Positions 40,262-48,276 of a DNA stretch of 64,000 nucleotides are shown one piece after another. The number at the start of each line of letters is the position of its first letter. The first letter of the stretch is position 1. The position numbers and the translations under genes are program-made. Under the pieces are notes generated by a model, which was not told where the DNA came from, did not search any database, and worked only from the letters and a program-made list of their open reading frames with translations. This DNA is from Chitinophagales bacterium (GTDB lineage Bacteria > Bacteroidota > Bacteroidia > Chitinophagales > LD1): NCBI GenBank assembly GCA_046329555.1, contig JAXLUK010000002.1, positions 128,983 to 192,982 of the forward strand. Reading direction: 5' to 3'.

Positions 40262-40347
40262 CCCGCAAAATTAGCAACTTACACGCTACCACATAAAAAA
40301 ACCGCCTCACGGTTACGCAAGACGGTCATTGATTTTTGAACTCGTTT

Positions 40348-40818
40348 TTATCTTTGATTTTCAACGTATTCCACGGGCTCTATGTATTGAATACCAGAAA
40401 GCACCTGTGGTTCATACACCTTGGATGTACCATCCTTAGCCACTACTTTGATGCGATAAAAGCAATCTAGATTAGCGGTAAAAGGTTTCTCATCACTGAT
40501 ACCGATGTAATTTTTACTGTTGTTGAGATGCTCGGCCACCTTTACGGTCTTGCAGGGCACAAACATGGATCCGTTCTGACTTTTCTCTATCACAACGGCA
40601 TCTATTGAGCGCAAGCTTTTGGAATAAAGGTACATCATCACTTCATCGCCAATGCGCTCCATTTCGAAACTTACTTCATTAGCGGCCAACGGCTTAAACA
40701 GCCATTTCCCTTTCTGAGAAGCAATTACCGGTGCACTGGTAGAACCGGCCGGAACACCAGCGGTCAACATCGAAAATACAACGCTCAAAGAGGCCAGTGT
40801 AAAGATCCATTTTTTCAT
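40348..40818 (-). CDS. Hypothetical secreted protein
   Basis: It has a signal peptide. I do not recognise a family. Confidence 0.45.
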   Translation of the reverse strand: MKKWIFTLASLSVVFSMLTAGVPAGSTSAPVIASQKGKWLFKPLAANEVSFEMERIGDEVMMYLYSKSLRSIDAVVIEKSQNGSMFVPCKTVKVAEHLNNSKNYIGISDEKPFTANLDCFYRIKVVAKDGTSKVYEPQVLSGIQYIEPVEYVENQR

Positions 40819-40899
40819 AATACAAGAATTTCTACCTGTATTACGGCGGTTTCGAATAAAGGTTACAGAAAAAATCTATTTAACCCCGAAAACAACAAT

Positions 40900-41550
40900 T
40901 TACTGATTGCCGTGCAACTGAATATGCATCCGCACTGGATTCAGATAGTAGGCGTAACTGCCATTAAATGACGGACAGCAGTGGGCGTCATCCGCCTTGT
41001 ACAACTGAAACTCCCCGTTAATAGAGTCACCATAAACCATGGTCGTAGTGCCGTCTAAATATTGATTGGTAACTTCCGGCAGGGTAGAATCGGTGGAGCG
41101 CTTCCGATTATATTCAATCAGAATATTCTTCCGGATTTCTTCCATCAGATGGGCGTCTTCCTTTCCATCGGCGTAAATTAACTTGGCATAAGCCGGCGTT
41201 CCACCATTGTGACCACTGCAATTTTCGCTTTGGAAATACAGCAGCAACTCATTCTCTCCATCATCATTTAAATCAGTTTGAACGGTTGTTACATCGCGGT
41301 CGCTGGCCGGCCAGGCATTATCCTGGTTCGGATTCTTAGCCTGCCATCCTCTAACAGAATCGCCGCCTGCTTCGCGGCACGGACTTCCCAGTTGCTTGCT
41401 GTCCAATAACTCTTTCTTCCATTTCGCTACAGCAACCGCTGGTTCAGGTAATGTACGCGCAGGTTCCTGCTCGTTACCATTGCCCGATGACAGATGACAA
41501 CCCGAAAGGGGCAGCACAATAAAAAGCCAAAAACGCACAGCTATTTTCAT
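40900..41550 (-). CDS. Hypothetical lipoprotein
   Basis: It has a signal peptide with a Cys (LPLSGC). I do not recognise a family. Confidence 0.45.
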   Translation of the reverse strand: MKIAVRFWLFIVLPLSGCHLSSGNGNEQEPARTLPEPAVAVAKWKKELLDSKQLGSPCREAGGDSVRGWQAKNPNQDNAWPASDRDVTTVQTDLNDDGENELLLYFQSENCSGHNGGTPAYAKLIYADGKEDAHLMEEIRKNILIEYNRKRSTDSTLPEVTNQYLDGTTTMVYGDSINGEFQLYKADDAHCCPSFNGSYAYYLNPVRMHIQLHGNQ

Positions 41551-41674
41551 GAATTCGATGGCCTAAGATAATAATTCAATAAATTTCAACTTAGCGTTGA
41601 AGCGCCTCAGCCTTTCCTAAATTTCGCTAACAAGGCAACGCCTTCTTTCAAAATTCCTATTTTGTGCGCCTTCC

Positions 41675-43036
41675 ATGAGAGTGCTCGTTTGTTTTCTATG
41701 CTGCTGGTGTTTGCCGGCACTGGCCCAAAAACCGGCCGTCGATAAAATTATTGCTGTTGTTGGCGATAATATCATTCTGCAATCAGAAGTTGAAGTACAG
41801 GTTCAACAACAGCTGGCCAATGGCGCTACGGTGATTACCGACACCAACGACCTGCGCTGCCGGATTTTTGACAATATGATGCTGGAGAAACTGTTTGTGG
41901 CACAGGCAACACTTGATTCACTGGTGGTTTCGCAGGAAGAAATTGATGCCGAATTAGATCGCCGGGTAAAGTACTTTATCAACCTGTTTGGTTCCAGAGA
42001 AAAACTGGAAGAATACAATGGCAAGACCATTGCCGAATTGAAAGACGAATTTACAGATGATGTAAAAAGTCAGTTGCTGAGTGATAAGATGCGGGGCAAG
42101 GTGTTTCAGGGCATGAAGGTATCGCCAAAAGAAGTGACCGAATTCTTCAATAAAATTCCGAAAGACAGTATTCCTTACTTCAACAGCGAGGTGGAAATTG
42201 CGCAGATTGTGATGTTTCCCAAAGTGAGTGAAGCGCAGAAAGAACTCGCCCGCAAGAAACTGGAACGCATCAAGGGCGATATCGAAAAAGGCGCCGATTT
42301 CTCTACGCAGGCTATTTTATATTCTGAAGACCCGGGATCAGCCAGCGATGGTGGTAACCTGGGTATTGTGGAACGGGGCGAACTGGTGCCTGAATTCGAA
42401 GCCGTGGCATTTAAACTAGATGAACATAAAATGAGTGATATAACCGAAACACCTTTCGGTTATCACTTGATTATGGTAGATGAAAAACGCGGCAACCGGT
42501 TAAAACTGCGCCATATCCTGATTAAGCCTAAATCGCTGCTGGCCGATATGGAAATGGTAAAAGACCGGATGGACTCCATTCAACATCAACTTTCTGTTGA
42601 TAGCATGAGCTTCCGCGAAGCAGTAAAGTACTTCTCTGACGATGAAAACTCAAAAGGTTCCGGCGGTATGATGACCAATCCGAAAACCGGCAATACAGTT
42701 TTTGAGAAATCTGAGGTGGATGGCTCGCTCATTTTCACCATCGACAATTTAAAGGTTGGCCAGGTTTCTGCCGTATTGCCCTACACCACCATGGAACGCA
42801 CTGGTGAGAAAAAAGATGGCTACCGCATCATCTTGCTCAAATCAGAAACACGTCCGCATAAAGCCAGTTTAGCCACTGACTATTCCCGCATTCAGGCCGC
42901 GGCCAAGAAGCGCAAAGAACAGGAGGAACTGGCCAGGTGGATCGGCCTGAATAAAGATCATGCCTTTATTAAAATTGAAGCGCCATACGATGCCTGCAAG
43001 CAGGTGCAAAAATGGCTGAAACAAGAAAAGCAATAG
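41675..43036 (+). CDS. SurA-like periplasmic peptidyl-prolyl isomerase (parvulin type)
   Basis: It has a signal peptide, a SurA_N-like region and a PpiC rotamase motif (GGNLG...FGYHLIMV). Confidence 0.8.
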   Translation: MRVLVCFLCCWCLPALAQKPAVDKIIAVVGDNIILQSEVEVQVQQQLANGATVITDTNDLRCRIFDNMMLEKLFVAQATLDSLVVSQEEIDAELDRRVKYFINLFGSREKLEEYNGKTIAELKDEFTDDVKSQLLSDKMRGKVFQGMKVSPKEVTEFFNKIPKDSIPYFNSEVEIAQIVMFPKVSEAQKELARKKLERIKGDIEKGADFSTQAILYSEDPGSASDGGNLGIVERGELVPEFEAVAFKLDEHKMSDITETPFGYHLIMVDEKRGNRLKLRHILIKPKSLLADMEMVKDRMDSIQHQLSVDSMSFREAVKYFSDDENSKGSGGMMTNPKTGNTVFEKSEVDGSLIFTIDNLKVGQVSAVLPYTTMERTGEKKDGYRIILLKSETRPHKASLATDYSRIQAAAKKRKEQEELARWIGLNKDHAFIKIEAPYDACKQVQKWLKQEKQ

Positions 43037-43039
43037 TTC

Positions 43040-43999
43040 ATGTATCAATCAGATGTAGAAGCGCTGGATGCGTTTGCGCAGCGCTATAAGGAATTGAAAG
43101 CCGAAATCGGCAAGGTGATTGTTGGTCAGGAAGCGGTAGTATCCAATATCCTGATTTCTATTTTTTGCGATGGTCACTCGCTCTTGGTTGGCGTGCCCGG
43201 CTTGGCCAAAACCCTCACCGTGCAAACCATTGCGCGCATCCTGGATTTAAGTTTCAGCCGCATCCAGTTTACGCCCGATTTGATGCCCTCCGATATCATC
43301 GGTTCCGAAATTTTAGATGAAACGCGGAATTTTAAATTCAACCGCGGACCCATTTTCTCCAACATTATTCTGGCCGATGAAATTAACCGTACGCCGCCGA
43401 AAACACAGTCGGCACTGCTGGAAGCCATGCAGGAACGCAGCGTTACGGTGGCGGGGCACAAGCACTCGCTGGATTTGCCCTTTTTTGTATTAGCCACACA
43501 AAACCCCATTGAACAGGAAGGAACGTATCCGCTGCCGGAAGCGCAGCTCGACCGCTTCATGTTTTCTATTCACCTGGATTACCCCAGTCTGGAAGAAGAA
43601 ATCAATGTAGTGAAATCAACTACCTCAGGCGTGAAAGTTGATTTGCAGAAGCGTTTATCGGGTCAGGAAATTTTGTTTTTCCAGCAGTTGATGCGTAAAA
43701 TTCCGATTGCTGATAATGTTTTGGAATATGCGGTTCGGCTGGCTGCAAAAACGCGTCCGAATCGCCCTGATTCGTTGCCCATGGTGAACAATTACATCGG
43801 CTGGGGTGCTGGTCCGCGTGCCTCGCAATATTTGGTATTAGGAGCGAAATGTCATGCCGCAACCCGGGGCAAGTATTCGCCGGACATTGACGATGTGAAA
43901 GCGGTTGCGCTGCCTATTTTACGCCACCGCGTATTCAAGAATTACAAGGCCGAAGCCGAGGGACTCAGCATTGAAAAAATCATCGGCGATTTGCTGTAA
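43040..43999 (+). CDS. MoxR-family AAA+ ATPase
   Basis: It has Walker A GVPGLAKT, Walker B ILADEINR and the typical MoxR length and C-terminus. Confidence 0.9.
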   Translation: MYQSDVEALDAFAQRYKELKAEIGKVIVGQEAVVSNILISIFCDGHSLLVGVPGLAKTLTVQTIARILDLSFSRIQFTPDLMPSDIIGSEILDETRNFKFNRGPIFSNIILADEINRTPPKTQSALLEAMQERSVTVAGHKHSLDLPFFVLATQNPIEQEGTYPLPEAQLDRFMFSIHLDYPSLEEEINVVKSTTSGVKVDLQKRLSGQEILFFQQLMRKIPIADNVLEYAVRLAAKTRPNRPDSLPMVNNYIGWGAGPRASQYLVLGAKCHAATRGKYSPDIDDVKAVALPILRHRVFKNYKAEAEGLSIEKIIGDLL

Positions 44000-44446
44000 A
44001 GCATAGCCGTTTTGCAGAAAGAAATTGCGGTATGGAAGTGCGCTATGCTCAACAATTGAAAGCGCTGCGTTCCGAACATCCAATTGTAGTACCGGTTGAT
44101 TAGATGATGATGGCGGCTGCCTTCGCTGCGCTGCGGCACCGTGCTGCTACAGGGTACGCTTCGCTTCCGCCCGCCACGCCTTCGGCTGGCGGGCCGCTCG
44201 CTGTGCTCGCGCCTTACGCATCACTGCCGCGCGATGGGCACCGGGGCGCATAACCGCACCAGCGCCCCGCATACAACGCGAACGTTCAACCCATCAACCA
44301 TTCGATATTTCAATATCGTACGGTATAAAAAAGTCCTGCTTTCATATGCCTGTATGGATTGTCTAAAACATGCAGCCAGAAAACCCAATCGACGTAGTTG
44401 CACCGATTTAGATTTACCAAACCAATTAGCATGACAAAATCGCCTA

Positions 44447-46024
44447 TTACTGAATAACTACTCTTCCAACATAGGTGTTGCCTGCCTGCCGCACCTCCAC
44501 CATATAAGTGCCTCTACTAATTTCACCCAAATGAATAGGGTTGACGGCTTGTTTAACTACGCGAACTACGGCTCCGCCTTCATCTACCAACTTAATAGAA
44601 GCTTCTTCTGAAATGGCATCCCCGTTGGGCAACTGTATGGTAAACGTACCATGGTTTGGACTGGCGAAAATACGCAATTCGCCTATGGTTTGCTTTGGCG
44701 TTTCACGAATGCCATTGACTTGAGCTAGTTTGGCGAGAAAAAAATCTGAACCTTGGTTTACATCAACATGCAGATTATATGAACCAAAATGGTTGTCACC
44801 CGGATTAAGGCTACCCGTAAAATATACGGCACCTTGTGCATCTACGGCAAAGTCCCGGTAATCAGCAAAAGGCAGTGCCACTAATCCCTTGCACACGCCA
44901 TTCGTATCAAACCGTGCCACGAAATGATCAACAGCGCCAGGTTTTGTTTGAGTAGATGTTATAGTAAATCCGTCAACTGTAAACTGTCCCAGAAAGGCTG
45001 CGTACATGAAAATTTCACCATTAGCGGCCATAACCATCGGACCTCCCGAAACAATGTTGGTTGAGCTTAAAATCCTACTCCAAGCCACATGACGATTTGA
45101 ATCCAATTTTACCAGATAAAAGTTGGTAGCTGTACCAGAAATATGTCGTAATGAGTCATCGCTGAAAGCAATGCTAGAATCAATATTCCCAGCGAAGTAC
45201 ATACTCGATTTTGAATCGATTAAAAAATTAATGTTGGCATCATTGATGGGCATCGACCATTTCAAGGAACCATTGCTTTGCAATGCGCAAAATATAGTTT
45301 GAACCGGAAATGCACTAGGTAAAAAAGGAACTAATTGAGACTGTAGGGTATCGAATGTAAATGCAGAGTCATTAGCCATGAAGCAATAGAGCGTGTTATT
45401 CGCATACTGCATGGCGCCATAAGCGTTATTTGCGCCATTGCTATTTTTCATCCACTTAACTTTACCATTTCCATTAACGTGCGCAATAACATGCTCCGAC
45501 CAATTAAACCCGGGCCGTCTAACACAAAAAGTGTCTATACACGGTCCGTCATAATTCGCACCTCCATATACGTAAACCCCATTGGAGTCGTCAGGAAAGA
45601 CCTTCGTTGCGTAAATGAAGTTTTTGAATTTTTTTGTGACATGTAATGCTGTATCGTACGTCGATAAAAACAAAGAAGTGTCATCGGATCCCGTGAAATA
45701 GATATTGCCTTTTTGCATCTCCATGGAAATGGCGTAGGTAGAACTACCGAAAAATGGAAAGTTGAATGGCGATCCTCCAATCAGTTGGCCGGTATTCGTA
45801 AATTTTGCTAACAGTAATCCCTTTTTGACATAACTATTATTCCATAGATGTAATGAATCGTTGTAGGAAATAGTAGCATAAATATTACCCACGCTGTCAA
45901 CACTCACTGACTTACCTTTTCCATCACCGGACTTTCCTTGAATAGCCCATTGCCATTGCCCAAGTGCAGCAGCGTGAATAAACAGAAAGAAAACAATCTG
46001 TATTGCCAAAAACCTGTTTCTCAT
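44447..46024 (-). CDS. Secreted beta-propeller-like protein with T9SS type A C-terminal domain
   Basis: It has a signal peptide and repeated blade-like segments (GNIY.T, VY.TG). The C-terminus (RIFASPNHGTFTIQLP...GTYMVEVRQ...GRVVIQ) is CTD-like. Confidence 0.7.
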   Translation of the reverse strand: MRNRFLAIQIVFFLFIHAAALGQWQWAIQGKSGDGKGKSVSVDSVGNIYATISYNDSLHLWNNSYVKKGLLLAKFTNTGQLIGGSPFNFPFFGSSTYAISMEMQKGNIYFTGSDDTSLFLSTYDTALHVTKKFKNFIYATKVFPDDSNGVYVYGGANYDGPCIDTFCVRRPGFNWSEHVIAHVNGNGKVKWMKNSNGANNAYGAMQYANNTLYCFMANDSAFTFDTLQSQLVPFLPSAFPVQTIFCALQSNGSLKWSMPINDANINFLIDSKSSMYFAGNIDSSIAFSDDSLRHISGTATNFYLVKLDSNRHVAWSRILSSTNIVSGGPMVMAANGEIFMYAAFLGQFTVDGFTITSTQTKPGAVDHFVARFDTNGVCKGLVALPFADYRDFAVDAQGAVYFTGSLNPGDNHFGSYNLHVDVNQGSDFFLAKLAQVNGIRETPKQTIGELRIFASPNHGTFTIQLPNGDAISEEASIKLVDEGGAVVRVVKQAVNPIHLGEISRGTYMVEVRQAGNTYVGRVVIQ

Positions 46025-46228
46025 AAACTTTCCTTAACTAATTTAAAAAAGTATTGATTGTTCGTGGTTTTACAACTAACCTGATAAACACCTGATGCTC
46101 ATTTTCTACATTAATATTTCCCCCTGATCAATTAATCGCCAGAATGCCGCCATCCCCATCACATCGGTAACAGCAACAGTGATATTTGAATTTAGAACAG
46201 CGGAACCATCAAGCGCAAACATGGCCCA

Positions 46229-47505
46229 CCACACGCAGTGGCACCTAAAATGCGCGAGGTGGCGAAGGCTTCCTATTACCAATCCCGTAGGGATCGCATC
46301 GCTGCATCGCAATGACTGATGCGATTAATTTAATCGTTATGCATAACGCGGAAAATTATTCCATAGGCGGCACAATTTCGTTTTATGCGACCCCTACGGG
46401 GTCAGGTTATATTTCCGCTTAATGTTACCGATCCCGTGGGTATCGCATCGCTGCATCTCAATGATTGATGCGATTAATTTAATCGTTATGCATAACGCGG
46501 AAAATTATTACATAGGCGGCGCAATTTCGTTTTATGCGACCCCTACGGGTCGTAAAACAAACGCTTCCGGGGGAGCTACAGATATATGACCCCTACGGGG
46601 TCAGGTTAGATTCCCGTTTCGTGTTTCCAATCCCGTAGGGATCGCATCTCGGTAACCCGACAGATATATGACCCCTACGGGGTCAGGTTATATTTCCGCT
46701 TAATGTTACCGATCCCGGAGGGATCGCAACGCTGCATCGCAATGATTGATGCGATTAATTTAATCGTTATGCATAACGCGGAAAATTATTCCATAGGCGG
46801 CGCAATTTCGTTTTATGCGACCCCTACGGGGTCGTAATACAAAACGCTTCCGGGGGAGCTACAGATATATGACCCCTACGGGGTCAGGTTATGTTTCCGC
46901 TTAATATTACCAATCTCGTGGGTATCGCATCTCGTTAACCCGACAGATATATGACCCCTACGGGGTCAGGTTAGATTCCCGTTTCGTGTTACCGATCCCG
47001 TGGGTATCGCATCGCCGTAGCCTACGTGAACGATCATTCGAAATTCGGATTCGATGTCCGATGGTTCGATATTCGATGTTGGAAAAATATGAATCACAGA
47101 TTTTAAAATTGGCGTTAACGATGACTTCCCTTAACGAGTGATGCTTAAAAGAATGCCGCTCATCAGGCTTCTTGTTACCGATCCCGGAGGGATCGCATCG
47201 CTGTAGCCTACGTGAACGATCATTCGAAATTCGGATTCGATGTTCGATGGTTCGATATTGGATGTTGGGAAAATATGAATCACAGATTTTAAAATTGGCG
47301 TTTACGATGATTTCCCTTAACGAGTGATGCTTAAAAGAATGCAGCTCATCAGGCTTCTTGTTACCGATCCCGGAGGGATCGCATGGCTGTAGCCCGATGA
47401 TGCGCCAGCCAACGACCCCGTAGGGGTCGCATGTTTGGGAATGTTCCATTTTGCTGTCAATGGCAGCCACACGCAGTGGCGCCTAAAATGCGCGAGGTGG
47501 CGAAG
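46229..47505. repeat. Non-coding mosaic array of palindromic hairpin repeats (REP/BIME-like), bounded by 39-bp direct repeats
   Basis: There are eight copies of TTACC-GATCCC-NNN-GGGATC-GCATC and eight of GACCCC-TAC-GGGGTC, joined by reused linkers. The nested units run 46276-46424 (149 bp), 46425-46705 (281), 46706-46988 (283), 46989-47174 (186) and 47175-47360 (186). Direct repeats CCACACGCAGTGGC[A/G]CCTAAAATGCGCGAGGTGGCGAAG sit at 46229-46267 and 47467-47505. Confidence 0.85.
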
Positions 47506-47678
47506 TGGAAAGCCCACAGCGCACGAGGTACGAGTGCGCGAGGACTTGCAACGAAGCAACCGACCCCGAAGGCAGCGAAGTCTCTTGTTGCTTCAGCGCC
47601 ATGATGCGCTGCCGAAGGGGGCGCGCCCAAATAACGAGCCCCTAACACCTTGTCAACTTTTTCCCCATCTTTCACGCC

Positions 47679-48245
47679 GTGAAACGTCTGGCCATTTTTG
47701 CATCGGGCGGCGGCAGTAATGCCCGGGCCTTATTCGAATATTTTAAAGACGACAACCGCATCCAATTGCCCCTGGTGATTGCCAACAAAGAAGGTGCAGG
47801 CGTTTTTGGCGTGGCGGCTTCATTCGGCGCTACCGCTGTTTGGGTTAAAAAATCGCAACTGAACAACCCTGATTTCTTATTGCCATTGTTGCAACAACAT
47901 CGCATAGACGGCATTTTACTGGCGGGATTTTTGTTGTTGATTCCTCCGTACCTGGTGGCGGCATATCCCCAGGCGATATTGAACATCCATCCCGCCTTGC
48001 TGCCCAAATTCGGCGGCGCCGGCATGCACGGGCATCATGTACACGAGGCCGTTTTAGCCGCGGGCGAAACCGTGAGCGGTCCGACGGTTCATTTGGTGAA
48101 TGAACAATACGACGAGGGCCGCATTCTTGCCCAACAAACGGTGCCTGTGCTGCCCGACGATACGGCTGAAACACTGGCCCGACGCGTGCTGGAAGCCGAG
48201 CACCAACTGTATCCCAAAACCGTTGCTGCGTATTTTATTCGATAA
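47679..48245 (+). CDS. purN: Phosphoribosylglycinamide formyltransferase
   Basis: It shows the LAIFASGGGSN, LAGFL.L.P and NIHPALLPKFGG.GMHG..VH PurN motifs. It uses a GTG start. Confidence 0.88.
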   Translation: MKRLAIFASGGGSNARALFEYFKDDNRIQLPLVIANKEGAGVFGVAASFGATAVWVKKSQLNNPDFLLPLLQQHRIDGILLAGFLLLIPPYLVAAYPQAILNIHPALLPKFGGAGMHGHHVHEAVLAAGETVSGPTVHLVNEQYDEGRILAQQTVPVLPDDTAETLARRVLEAEHQLYPKTVAAYFIR

Positions 48246-48276
48246 AATTGTAAAGTTGCACCACTAATTATTGCTT

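Noticed and set aside
41640-41674. Bacteroidota -7 promoter element (TAnnTTTG) upstream of the surA-like gene and other genes.
   Set aside because: I saw only near-matches, for example CTATTTTG at ~41652. Without transcription start data I cannot support promoter calls.
44141-44434. ORFs in GC-rich non-coding DNA (44141..44434 +, 44221..44403 -, 47435..47719 +, 47457..47675 -, 47317..47559 -, 46106..46312 -).
   Set aside because: Their Arg/Pro/Ala/Cys-rich products are typical of random ORFs in GC-rich or repeat DNA. They have no motifs, and they overlap each other and the repeats.
46306-46356. Hammerhead-ribozyme-like words (CTGATG ... GAAA) in module X.
   Set aside because: The core would need CUGAUGA; here it is CTGATGC. 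The other two X copies read TTGATG, so the motif is not conserved, and the flanking helices do not fit stems I-III.
46276-47431. CRISPR array: a ~28-bp partially palindromic direct repeat (GTTACCGATCCCGNNGGGATCGCATCGC) recurs 8 times.
   Set aside because: The spacing is irregular (149, 199, 82, 201, 82, 186 and 186 bp) and far longer than CRISPR spacers. The inter-repeat sequences are themselves repeated (X three times, V twice, W twice). No cas genes or leader are present.
46276-47431. Integron attC-like sites (imperfect palindromes next to GTTACC).
   Set aside because: GTTACC does not fit the GTTRRRY core. No intI gene or cassette ORFs are present, and the palindromes are too short and too regular.
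46958-47470. 170-aa minus-strand ORF with an internal 62-aa duplication, considered as a protein-coding gene.
   Set aside because: It lies wholly inside the repeat array and translates the hairpins as CDPSGIG. It has no recognisable domain or signal peptide. It exists only because the 186-bp period is in phase.
47672-48174. Minus-strand ORFs 47672..48025 and 47845..48174 antisense to purN.
   Set aside because: The plus-strand frame encodes an unmistakable PurN. The antisense products are low-complexity and Arg/Pro-rich.
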